Below are positions 1-10,400 of a stretch of DNA of 26,809 nt, in pieces. This stretch comes from a candidate division FCPU426 bacterium. GTDB lineage: Bacteria > Oederibacteriota > JAAXVQ01 > JAUVAV01. The stretch covers positions 1-26,809 of the forward strand of contig DAOWGI010000023.1 in assembly GCA_030637655.1 (NCBI GenBank). The letters run 5' to 3'. Every line of letters begins with the position of its first letter. Position 1 is the stretch's first letter. The position numbers were made by a program, and so were the translations under genes. The notes under the pieces are model-generated. The model was not told the DNA's origin and searched no databases. It worked only from the letters and a program-made list of their open reading frames with translations.

Positions 1-1
1 A

Positions 2-166
2 CTCGCAGCAATCTTGTCGGAGAAAAAACCAGCCGGTCAATCGTCTACTGTCTGGAACATACAAAACGTCGCGTCAGGGACTTATTTCGCCCATATTAAG
101 TGGGTCCCTGTTTCCGCTGCCGCAGAGACACAAAGGACAAAGAAAATCTTTATTAAAAAATGGTAA
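2..166 (+). CDS. 3' end of a gene whose product ends in a T9SS type-A sorting / FlgD-Ig-like C-terminal domain (partial, runs off the left edge)
   Basis: Manual translation of frame +2: LAAILSEKKPAGQSSTVWNIQNVASGTYFAHIKWVPVSAAAETQRTKKIFIKKW*, stop TAA at 164-166. The W..VASGxYFxxI...KK(I/L)xxxK pattern matches secretion-tail CTDs. Confidence 0.65.
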   Translation, partial: LAAILSEKKPAGQSSTVWNIQNVASGTYFAHIKWVPVSAAAETQRTKKIFIKKW

Positions 167-273
167 TGTTTTGTAATGTGTTACTGAAATAGTATTATGA
201 AAGCGCATATTATCGTGCCGGCGCGAACACGGTAGGCGTCAAGTATGGTGATGAGAGGGAAGATTATCTAATT

Positions 274-840
274 TCACTTTTTACCTTTTTTTGATTTTTT
301 TGCCGCCGATGATTTTTTTCCCAGATAGCGTTGCAAAAGTTTTTGAGTATTTACTTTTTTGGATTCTTTCGCATCACAAATCACGCTGATTACATTTTCA
401 TAACCCGGGAGATAGATTTCCGCATACCCTTTCCACCCCTGGTACCATGAAAACCCCGAAGGGAAGTATACTGTAGTCCAGTTCTTTTTATTATAAGTAG
501 TGATCATTTCTGTTTTAGTTTGACTCTCGGCCACCCTGTGAAGCAAAATTTTTCCATCCCATTTGTGATCTACCTCTTCAAATAGAATTAAAACTTTAGC
601 ATCGGCTTTAGGTCCAAACCGAACTGTGGTTATTTTTATTCCATCACCTTTGTAAACTTTGGCATATTTAGACACTGTGGGTTGCTGCTTTTTAGAGATT
701 TTTTTAACCACACCCGCTTTGGTTTTGGCCGCGTCAGCCAGACCCGGCATAAAAACAAGACCCCAGGTAAATAGCATAACCACCAAAGAAATAAAAACCT
801 TTTTTTTACGCTGGAGCAAAAGACGGATATTTTTTTTCAT
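274..840 (-). CDS. Secreted, Lys-rich hypothetical protein (188 aa)
   Basis: AAGGAG RBS upstream on the minus strand; basic n-region, hydrophobic h-region and ADA-A cleavage-like site; globular core (RFGP...DHKWDGKI...IYLPG); Lys-rich ends. Confidence 0.8.
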   Translation of the reverse strand: MKKNIRLLLQRKKKVFISLVVMLFTWGLVFMPGLADAAKTKAGVVKKISKKQQPTVSKYAKVYKGDGIKITTVRFGPKADAKVLILFEEVDHKWDGKILLHRVAESQTKTEMITTYNKKNWTTVYFPSGFSWYQGWKGYAEIYLPGYENVISVICDAKESKKVNTQKLLQRYLGKKSSAAKKSKKGKK

Positions 841-941
841 AAATTAGTTCTCCTTAATAATTTTTGAAAAATCTCACGAATCCAGTGAACTCTCTGACCA
901 ACAAAATTGTTTTTGGGGACGCAGGATAACTCCTTTTGTAT

Positions 942-977
942 ATTATATATATATAATGAATATATTTACTTTGTCAA
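942..977 (-). promoter_or_regulatory. Putative sigma70 promoter for the 274..840 gene
   Basis: Minus-strand TTGACA at 977-972; a (TA)6 tract (944-955) gives TATATA at 16 or 18 bp spacing; a TATAAT lies further on at 947-942. Confidence 0.45.
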
Positions 978-1337
978 ATTTATATCAGTGGTTTTAGTTG
1001 TGGAAATTCAACGGACTGAGAAGTAAGTGGAGAGAGAGCTATGGGTGTAATGGTTATGTCGAGATCGGGGTGGAGAAAAAAGTACTATCTACCCTGGTGT
1101 CATGATCGTTAAAATATGGGGTTGGCAGCGATTTGTTAGACATATAAAATGACAGGAGTATGTGAGGTGAAGCGGTTGACAAGGCAGTATGAGTATGCGA
1201 AGATTTGCTGTTTCCAGAACCAAAGCAGTTGGCAGAACGAGTAAAAAGTTAAGCGGTTTTCAGGCAAGCATACCAACTAAGCGGCAAAGGCCAAAATTCC
1301 ATTTCATGCTTAATCAATACATCCGGAGGTGATAGGC

Positions 1338-1883
1338 ATGGCTAAAACCAAAGGTGGAAACATTGTTTTTGAGCGCGAATTTTTGCGGAAACACGGCAAA
1401 GAAACCGAACAGGCTTTTCTGGAGAAACTCAACGCAGAAGAAATCAATATTTATCAAAAAACTCTGCCAATTAGCTGGGTGCCTATTGAAGCGGCAGCGA
1501 AAATATTTGAGATGACGGCGGCTACGCTTTATCCAGGGGATGCGCAAGGTTTGCAATATCTTGGACGGGCGCAGGCCTATGACCATTTGACCGGAATCTA
1601 CAGAATTATACTGAGAATTACAACTATACCTTTCCTGATAGAAAAAACCGCCAAACTCTGGAAAAACTATCATGATCAAGGCCGGGCGTGGAGCGGGGTA
1701 GGCAGGAATAAAAACAGCGCTTTTATGATTGTAGAGGATTATCCCGACTTGCCGGAAACTTTTCGCGAAATGTTGTGCGGCTATATTGCCGGTTGTATGG
1801 AACTGACCGGTGCCCGTAATGTGAGGGTAACCAGAGATAACAACAACCCTGATGCCTGGAAATGGAACATTTTCTGGAAATAA
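1338..1883 (+). CDS. DUF2378/TIGR02265-like protein (V4R/H-NOX-like ligand-binding fold), function unknown
   Basis: GGAGGT at 1325-1330 lies 7 nt before ATG 1338, preferred over GTG 1329. Motifs SWVP, LGRAQA..L.GIYR, LWKNYHDQG, GYIAG.MEL.G and a terminal W are typical of this group. Confidence 0.6.
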   Translation: MAKTKGGNIVFEREFLRKHGKETEQAFLEKLNAEEINIYQKTLPISWVPIEAAAKIFEMTAATLYPGDAQGLQYLGRAQAYDHLTGIYRIILRITTIPFLIEKTAKLWKNYHDQGRAWSGVGRNKNSAFMIVEDYPDLPETFREMLCGYIAGCMELTGARNVRVTRDNNNPDAWKWNIFWK

Positions 1884-1920
1884 TAATAATGTAGCGCCGG
1901 GCCGGGGGGACGAAGTAAGG

Positions 1921-1945
1921 TTATGATTCTGCGGCAGAATCATAA
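1921..1945. promoter_or_regulatory. Perfect inverted repeat (12-1-12), operator-like
   Basis: TTATGATTCTGC-G-GCAGAATCATAA, ending 21 bp before the nitroreductase ATG. Confidence 0.5.
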
Positions 1946-1966
1946 TAATAGCAGAAGGAGAATAGA

Positions 1967-2842
1967 ATGGTACAGTTTAATAAATCGGTTATTGATTTGA
2001 TAAAACAGAGAAGTTCCTGGAGAGCCTATCGATCCGGACCGCTTGAGCCTAAAGTATTAGACGCGCTTAAAAAACATTTTGCCGAAGACAGACCCGGGCC
2101 TTTTAACTGTGAAGCGAGATTTCATTTGATTACCCGGCAAGTTGGGGATGTTGGGAAAGCGCGGAAAATAGGAACGTATGGCACAATTACCGGGGCAGAA
2201 AATTATATCGTGGGAGTGATAAAGCAGGATGAGAAAGCACTGGAAAACTTCGGCTACCTGATGGAAGAAACCATATTATATGCCACTGCCTTGAACCTGG
2301 GAACCTGTTGGCTGGGCGGGGCTTTACATCGCGATGACCTGGCCAAGGAAATATCTCCAGCTCCGGATGAATACATCCCGGCGATGACACCAGTGGGCCG
2401 GATTGCCGAGAAAAGGGGGATTCAAGATCATATACTTCGCTGGAGCGTACGATCGGAAAATCGCAAACCATGGGAGGAATTATTTTTTGCGGGGCAATTT
2501 TCAAAACTCTTAAAAAAAAACGAGGCCGGCGCGTATGCCGAAGCCTTAGAGATGGTTCGCTTGGCCCCCTCGGCCTCCAATCGACAGCCCTGGAGAATAT
2601 TGCAGGAAGAGAAAAAACCTTTTTATCATTTTTATCTGCAAAGAAATTCGCTATATGGACAGATCGCAAAAAATGTGTTGCAGGCAGAAGATATTCAACG
2701 CCTGGATATGGGGATTGCCATGTGCCACTTTGAAAAAACCGCCCAGGAATTGGATTTGAAAGGAGAATGGACCCAAGCAACGCCTCCTGCGATTGCGCTT
2801 CCCCCCAAAACGGAATATTGCGTGAGTTGGAGAGGCCGCTAG
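1967..2842 (+). CDS. Nitroreductase family protein (two-domain, TM1586-like)
   Basis: AAGGAG RBS; N-terminal RxSxRxY FMN-binding motif (QRSSWRAY), LGTCWLGG, LAPSASNRQPW, LDMGIAMCHF. Confidence 0.92.
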   Translation: MVQFNKSVIDLIKQRSSWRAYRSGPLEPKVLDALKKHFAEDRPGPFNCEARFHLITRQVGDVGKARKIGTYGTITGAENYIVGVIKQDEKALENFGYLMEETILYATALNLGTCWLGGALHRDDLAKEISPAPDEYIPAMTPVGRIAEKRGIQDHILRWSVRSENRKPWEELFFAGQFSKLLKKNEAGAYAEALEMVRLAPSASNRQPWRILQEEKKPFYHFYLQRNSLYGQIAKNVLQAEDIQRLDMGIAMCHFEKTAQELDLKGEWTQATPPAIALPPKTEYCVSWRGR

Positions 2843-2884
2843 ACAGGTATTGTGGAGGGCACTTTTCCATATCTATCAATTACG

Positions 2885-2904
2885 CAGCGATTCATTAATC
2901 GCTG
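2885..2904. repeat. Short hairpin downstream of the nitroreductase (terminator or decayed REP)
   Basis: CAGCGATT-CATT-AATCGCTG, 8-bp stem, no U-tract; the core resembles the GCGATT/AATCGC core of the REP at 26589. Confidence 0.3.
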
Positions 2905-3041
2905 GGCACCTGCCGGACTTAGGCACAAAAGCGGATTTTAAGCGCTATCTCTCTGTTGGAAAAGGGGTATAGCGGGGTATTATGAACAGATAGTTGTGCG
3001 TTTTTTTAAAACTCAGTTTATCTGAGCTGAAGGAGATTAAC

Positions 3042-4115
3042 ATGGAAATTTATGCAGACAACCCGGCTTATCAAGTCGCGGAAGCTGACTTGTGTCAGGC
3101 ATTCGAAGCGTTTGGAAAAATCGAATCCGTTAGTCTGATACGGAATAAATACAACGGAGCCTCAAAAAAAAGATTTATTGAGAGAATACAGTTATTGGCA
3201 GCTGTAAAGCGAAAACCAGGTATCAAACATTACTTTCAAAAAATAAACGTCGGGTTGCTTTTAATAGTAATTTTGATTGTTTGGCTGAATCCGATTATGG
3301 CGTTTTCTGCCGGGTCAAAGTGTAGGTTGGAAAGAGAAATGTATGAAAAGCGAAAATTATTAAAAACAGAATATTACCGGAATCGTGAAAAAAACCAGGA
3401 ATTGGCAGGTAAACTACAAAAACAAATAAAGGCGATTGACAGGAAATATTACTGGTTTATGCGCTCACTCTGTGAGGCTTACGATATCAACAACACAAAA
3501 TTTATTAATGAGTGTTGTAAGGAAACGGGTTTTGACCCGATTGCGGTCCAGATTTGCAATCAGGCCGCTTATCTAACTGGGAGGAAAAATCCGGAGGTGT
3601 TTATTGCTGCTTTTCCCGCTAACAGCGACGAGTTTGCGGTCTTTTGGATGCAAGATGAAATAGCATTTTCGCGGCAAAGTGATTTGGGAATGAGGACATT
3701 GCCTGAATTGTATCTGCCCAATGGTCCGGTATATAAAAATATAGATGAACTATTTTTACTGGTAAAGGAAAATAATAAAAAGGCGGTGGAGAAATATTTC
3801 GGCCTTTTAGTATTTGCGGATGGCTGCTATGCGGAATATGTTTGTGATCAAGTCAAGGATTTATTCCTAAATTATCCTAAAATTGTTTTAGCAAACTGGG
3901 AGGAAATAAAAGCAAATAAAGCCCTCGTGAGATCTTCTGCTTATTTTTCCGCGGAAGATATACGGAAAATTGAACACAATTTTAAATCCATATCCCAAGA
4001 AGAAAATAGAAAGTTTGAGGAAATATTGAGCGTTTTTAATATCACCCGGAAAGTCTTACATAGCTTGGAAAATCAAAATAGCCGGCGCAAGCATAAGCAG
4101 GATAATTCAAGATAA
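3042..4115 (+). CDS. Exported or membrane-anchored, Cys-containing helical hypothetical protein with an N-terminal degenerate RRM fragment
   Basis: AGGAG RBS at 3031-3035 before ATG 3042. The first ~47 aa resemble bacterial RRM proteins, followed by hydrophobic VGLLLIVILIVWLNPIMAFSA and a ~270-aa helical domain with several Cys. Confidence 0.7.
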   Translation: MEIYADNPAYQVAEADLCQAFEAFGKIESVSLIRNKYNGASKKRFIERIQLLAAVKRKPGIKHYFQKINVGLLLIVILIVWLNPIMAFSAGSKCRLEREMYEKRKLLKTEYYRNREKNQELAGKLQKQIKAIDRKYYWFMRSLCEAYDINNTKFINECCKETGFDPIAVQICNQAAYLTGRKNPEVFIAAFPANSDEFAVFWMQDEIAFSRQSDLGMRTLPELYLPNGPVYKNIDELFLLVKENNKKAVEKYFGLLVFADGCYAEYVCDQVKDLFLNYPKIVLANWEEIKANKALVRSSAYFSAEDIRKIEHNFKSISQEENRKFEEILSVFNITRKVLHSLENQNSRRKHKQDNSR

Positions 4116-4418
4116 TATATGGGTAGAAATTCCTGTTTCCGATAAAGTCCTTCCAGAATTACTGTCATTTTCTCTTCTGATGTCCATTTTTTAGCTTTAT
4201 TTATTGTTTTGCCCCTGGTTTTTAGCAAATTTCTCGTTTTTAGTTTACTCCAATTACACTAGAAGCCGAAATGGACAAAGTTCTTGAATAATTATACTTG
4301 TGAGAAAACGCGGACAAAAATGTTGAGTGATGCAGATATTTTAACATCAAAAACGTACCAAAATGAATCACGAACAATATTATCCCGTAAAACAAAACAC
4401 AATTAAGAACTCGTCAAC

Positions 4419-4447
4419 TTGATATTTCAATGGTTATATGTTATACT
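4419..4447 (+). promoter_or_regulatory. sigma70-type promoter of giant gene 1
   Basis: TTGATA (4419-4424), 17 bp spacer, TATACT (4442-4447), with an extended -10 TG at 4439-4440. Confidence 0.65.
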
Positions 4448-4492
4448 TAATTTTTTAATTAATATATACTGATAATCAACAGGGGTCAATAA

Positions 4493-7400
4493 ATGATTGT
4501 TTTTTGGCAGGTGTTATCTAAAAAAATAGCTCTTCAGGGCATAACCTCGATCATGGCGTGGCGCGCAGCACAGCGCAAAACAGGCTTAAAAGTTTTGGCT
4601 ATCACCCTGGCGCTGACTTTTGTCCTTCCTTTCCTGACCTGGGCTTTTGATCCTGCAAATTTCCAAATAGGTCTACAATCCGTTCTTTTTGACAACCATC
4701 AGGTATGGGTTCCGAAAAAGATCGGAACTGTCCAGCACACGTATCAAGACGGAGACCGGTTGGTGATTCATATTCAGGACTTGCATTGCAATTACGAGGT
4801 CCAGATGAATATCGCCCGCATTCTCCAGCGCCTGACCGAGAAACACGGCCTGCGCCTGATCTCGGTGGAGGGGACGTCGTTGCCCATTAGTACGGCTCAA
4901 ATCCGGACTTTTCCCATTAAAAAAATTCGTCAAGAGGTGAGTGATTATTTTGTCCGCCAGGGAAAACTCTCAGGCGCGGAGTACTATGCCGCAACCGGAG
5001 AGCATACTGTTCTGCTCGAAGGTGTTGAGAACGCCCGGCTCTACGCGCGCAATAAAAAATCAGTGGAGTTTATTTTAAAAGACGAGGGACAGGGCTATTG
5101 CTTTGACCTGCGCGATCTGCTGGACAGCCTGAAGCCGGGGATTTATTCGCCGGTCTTGATGAAGTATGACCAACAGTGCCGGATGTACCGCGAGGGCCGG
5201 GTGGGTGTGAGGCAGCACAGCCGGTTTTTAAAAAAAATCGCCAAACAATTAAAAATTCCATTTTCCTCCTTTTCGAATCTGACGGCTTACCTTGTCAGTC
5301 CTCATAAGTTATTTCCATTACATGTGGACGCGGACCAATTATTCAGGGAAATCGATCTCCTGGATCATCTGATCCGGGAGCGGTTTTATACCCAAAACCA
5401 AGAGCAAGAGCTGGATCAACATCTTCACCGTCTGGATATTATTGAGAAACTGCTGAATATCTCCGCCAATTCCGAAGAACTGTCGGAATTCCGCGGGCAC
5501 AGAGAGGCCTTTCGCATCCCCGCGTTTGTGCGTTTTATCCGGGAGCAGGATAAAAGCGGGGAGCTGGAAGTAGATTCTGGAATTTACCTGCTCGACGAAT
5601 ATTTGAACGCGGCTGAGGATTTTTACGAGGTGGCTGACGCGCGCAGCCGGCATTTGGCTGACAATACTCTGAAGCGCATGGCAAAGCACGATGAGACCTT
5701 GGCGGTTTTGGTGACCGGCGGATATCATACTGAGCATATTTTAGCTGCGCTGAAAACCAGCGGCGTATCCTACTTGTCAATTAAACCCCGCCTGACCAAA
5801 CAGGATTTGGTGAACCCTTATTTTTCACTCTTGAAAAATCGCCCTACGCCTTTAGAAAAATTACTCTCTCAGGACCAGAAAATATTTACCCTGGAACCGT
5901 ATTTACCCACGATTGCCAATCCTGACCGTATCCCTAAGGTGGAGGAACTTCCCGAAAAAAACCTGCGGTTTGCCAGACTGGTGGAGTTTTTCTTATTTAC
6001 TAAGGACGTAGCGCGCAACTTTATGCGCACTAAAGTGATTGCAGAGATTCAGAACCAGGTGACAAAGACCCTGTCCGGCCGGTTCTGGCAAAGTCTGATC
6101 AAGGCCGGCGCGTTCCGGGTGCATCCCAACCGGGTTCTTAGTTTTACGTTGACTGCGTCCAATAAGAAAAATATGCTGGTTGTGGTATGGCCTCATAAAG
6201 GCCGGTTGCCCTTGAATGAAAAAATTCTGCTGGAAAAAGCGGAATTTCCTGACGAGAACATTGCCGTGGTTGGCCCGGAAAATATAGCGCAAGTTCAGGC
6301 CAAACTGGATGCGATGTCCTCCTGGTCACTGGCGGATCTAAATCTGCGCCAAACCGTGGCGCTCTATCTGGCCTGGCGGTTTCTGCCGCGACTGCTGGCG
6401 GGAGCGCGCATCCTGACCAATCTGATGGCAGGGATACCAGAGCGGATCCGCATCCTCGGCGAACGGATCGCGGCTTGGACTAAGGAGTATCTGCCGCAGG
6501 TGGAGTGGGTTCAGTTGGCCGGCATGCCGGGTTCGCGGCTCATAGTGCAAAGGCCCTGGCTGGCCAGTGTCATGGAGAACCAAGGCAGCGATACGGGAAA
6601 GATTGGAACAGACCGCCTTGAAGATATCCGGTTTAGACTTGATGACCAGAGCGAAAGTGGATTGAAAATCGTCATTACTCAAGGCGTTAATTCACACTCT
6701 GATCTCAAGCGACTCTGTTCCCGGATAAATGATCTTCTGGAGCGCATTCCGGAAATAGCGCCTGAAGAGAAAGACCGGCTTGCGCAGGTTTTATCGGAGT
6801 TAAAAATTCCCAAAACTGCAGTTTCCGCCATGCACGAATTTATTAAACTGCGGCATATCGATGCTGAGAATATTATTCCCGTGCTAATCATTGTTGCGGA
6901 TTATCTTAGAGCTTTACCTGAGGCCGGAAAGAACACGGGTTTGGAACATCTTCGAACAGTTGTAACCCACCGTCAGATCAGCCGCGATGATTTTTTCGCA
7001 GCGCTACAAGCAACAACCCTGTTGCTGGCAAAGTGTCCGGAGCAAGAAACCAGAGACTTGCTCTCAATGATAGATGATACGCTGCACTTCACTAAGTATT
7101 TTAAACATAAAGCACTCGATATATTTTGGTTTTTAGCGCTGGTTGGTGATACGAGCTGCTCTGAAAATTTGCTCCTCAATTTACATGCCTTACGCCCCAT
7201 TCTCACTTCAGCCAATAAAATGGTCTTACAGGGTTTTCCGCTACATGAGATATTACCCAAATTGCTTGCTGCTGTGAGACCCGAGGCGACTGCTGCTGCG
7301 CTGCGTTCCCTGGAACCGCTGTTTGTCTCACTCGCCACGTGGAGCGAATTATCGGAAACAGACAGTGAATATCAGACTTGGCAGACCGTGCTCAGGCAAT

Positions 7401-10400
7401 TGCCGGACTTGTACGGGAAATTATCCGAAAATTCCGGGACAGCATTGCAGGAAGTGATTGCTTTGGTTATTTTACGCACCCAATTAGATATTATTAAATC
7501 AGATGCCATGAAGCCGGAAACGGTTTTGCAAACCATTGCAGCAATCCTGGAAATTTATCAACAGAATCCCATTAATCCTCATCTGGCTTTACTTGAATCG
7601 CAGAAGCCTTTTCTAACTGCCTTTGATTTTAAAGACGGGGGCCGGGCGGCTAATAAGGTCGGCCGGATTATACGGTATCTTTTTGAGAGTGTTCCTGATT
7701 TGAAGGCGGCGGTCATTCCGGGTTTTCCGGAACCAGCCGGCAACATCAGACCAAAACAATTGCCCCGGCTGACCTGGGATGAATTGATTCGTCAGGCAGG
7801 CATGGACCCGGCTGAGGAATATAAAGTCGAAATATTGGGCCGGAAAATTGTTTTCCAGGAAAAATTCGCAGACCGTTTGGGTTGCAAGCTGATTATTAAA
7901 ATATTAAAAGCCGGAGAAACAAACCACCGACTCCAGGATGAAGCGGCAGTTTTGGCATGGATGGCTGAAAACAATACGGATTACCGTGATATCGCACCTT
8001 TGGAATCATCTGCCGAATCAGAGCAAAAACCGGAATATCGTTTCCGGTTCAATTTTAAACAATGCGCTTTCAAAGCGGCAATGCAATCCGGACTGATTGA
8101 GGCAGACCGGCAATCAAAAAAAATGACTGGAAAATCCCTGGCAATTGACGAACAAAATTACCTGGCTATTGCCTATGTGGATAGATCAGGCACGCGCTTT
8201 GAACAAAATTTAGGCAGCCCGACTGTAGCAAAATGGGAAAAATTGCACACGAGTCTCTTGAAGCTAATGGGACAACTGGGAACACTGGCTCGCAAAGAGC
8301 TGGCCCATACCAGCTTGGCTAATATTTTTCATATTACCCACCATCCTAGACGGGCTGTTTTTTATATTAGTCAGTGCCTGAATCCGATCTTTAGGTATTC
8401 TCTCGGCCGGCAGACTGCCTGGAAACCGGCGGGCTGGGCTTTGAATGTGTCGCCTGAAGGCATGCTGAGGGATTTGAAATATCTCACTCCTATTTCAGAA
8501 TTGGGAAGAATTTTTGAATCGTATAAAAACGGAGACTGGAGTTCGATTATTTTTCAGCATAGCCAACATCCGAATAATGTAAGGCTTTTTGAGATATTGG
8601 GACGCTATCCTTTTGTTTTAATGCTGGCTCTGGGAGCCTGGCTGGATGATAATCAATGGCAAAATGTCAATTGGCAAAAAGACGAGACACTGGATGATCT
8701 GGCCCGAACGCTGGAGCAGGGTTTTCAGCGGTTTTTAATCAACTGGCAAAGTGAGGAAGTAAGTCCGGATATTCATGAAATGCAACAGTTGATTGACTGG
8801 AAAGCCTATGCCCGGCAAATGGCCGTTTGGATGAGCCAGGCTCATGTTAAACTTTTGCAAGAACCAAAACATTTTGGCCAGGACCGGCGATTGGAAAAAT
8901 TTCCCGGGCAAGCGCTTTACGGGCTTGGACCTGAAGCAATTACTTTTGATGTGTATAATTCTGAAGGCTGGGATCCCGAGCAGGGCGTGATCGGATCGAA
9001 GTCAGAGATTCCCTTTGCGCGCAACGTCCCTGCTTTAGGGCTGGTTCATGGTGATTTTCCTATTCAGGAATTTTTAAGTGTTATGCTTCCTATCGGCTTA
9101 AACATCGCGCATCTTGCATTAGAGCAAAAGTATGTTAAAGCGGTCACGAAGACAGATGCTGAAAGCTCTACTTTAATCAAAACATCCCTCCCGGTTCCAG
9201 TAGACGCGGAGTTGGAGCCTCAGGTCAATCGCTGCGAACTGGAAATCCTGGCTATAGCCCAAGAGCAGGGGGAAGTTCCCGGTCTTCACAATGAGCGCGA
9301 TTATTATCAGAAGTTTCTGGGCCAATATCCACTGGTAGTGGTTGAGCAAGCTCTGCAAAGAATTAGGGACAAGCAGCCTCTGAACCTTTCGCCAAAAATA
9401 CAACAGGTATTGTCAGAGCTAAGCAAGACCAAATGGATTGACAGCACTAAGGTAGAAATCAAGATCCGCGCCTTATCCCGGATCGAGAGGAGCGAGTCAG
9501 CCTGCTTTGAAATCATCCTGCGCAGTATTCCGGACAAGTATCCGAAGAATAAACGTAAGCCCAAGGAAAGATTATTTGCAAATTCTGAAATCGGGGAACT
9601 TAACCGCAAAGGCCTTTCAGCTTTCGTCGAGCGGCTGGATTTATGGGCCTACCTGAATGAGCTGGCAGAAACCGACTATTTCTTGACCTCGCGCGCTATC
9701 ATGCTGATATTTATCAATAATATTCAGCAGAAGGAACTGGAGGACTATATCAGGATATTTTGTGACAACGAAACCGGGCCCCACGGGATTGCGGTCCTGG
9801 CCGGCCGTGCGGCTGAACGCGTATTAGGCAAGCACCGGCCTCTGGATGAGACTAGGCGTTTGCTAGCGCAGCTGCGGCAGATTCCAAAAATCACGATGAG
9901 CGCAGTTAGTAATATCGTGGGCAGCCGGCTGACCGAAGCGGAGATTGAAAAATATTTTATCAAGCAACCCCAAATTGCGGCCGGCTCTTTGGCCCAGGTG
10001 GAAAGGGCTATCAAAGAGGTCATGAACAGCCGAAGGGAGGAAGAGACCCGCTCCCTGAAAGACCGGTCCCGGATATTCATCAATTCATTGCACGATTTAA
10101 AAATACTGGACGGCCCTACAACCTGGAAAAAAGTGGAGCGTCTGTTGAGAGCCAAACAGCTGCCACATAAAAAACCGGACCAAGGTAAAGGTTTCGAAGC
10201 CGAAGTTATATTGAAAGTTATGCACGGCATTCAGGCTTGCCAGGGAGAACGTTTAACCAAGAAACAAATTGAATTTATTTCCGGACGGACAACACTCGTT
10301 CGTCTGCGGGAAAAGCAGAAATTGATCCGCGCTTTCTATACTGATCACCAATATGCCGAGCTCTCTGGTGAAGTCTTAGTGAATTTATTGCTGAGTCCCC

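Noticed and set aside
890-935. GGGACGCA resembling part of a c-di-GMP-I riboswitch
   Set aside because: No GGCAAAC/GAAA P2 stem or downstream P3 elements, and it is on the wrong strand for the adjacent gene.
1314-2879. Antisense ORFs 1314..1943 (209 aa) and 2187..2879 (230 aa)
   Set aside because: Shadows of well-supported plus-strand genes; no motifs.
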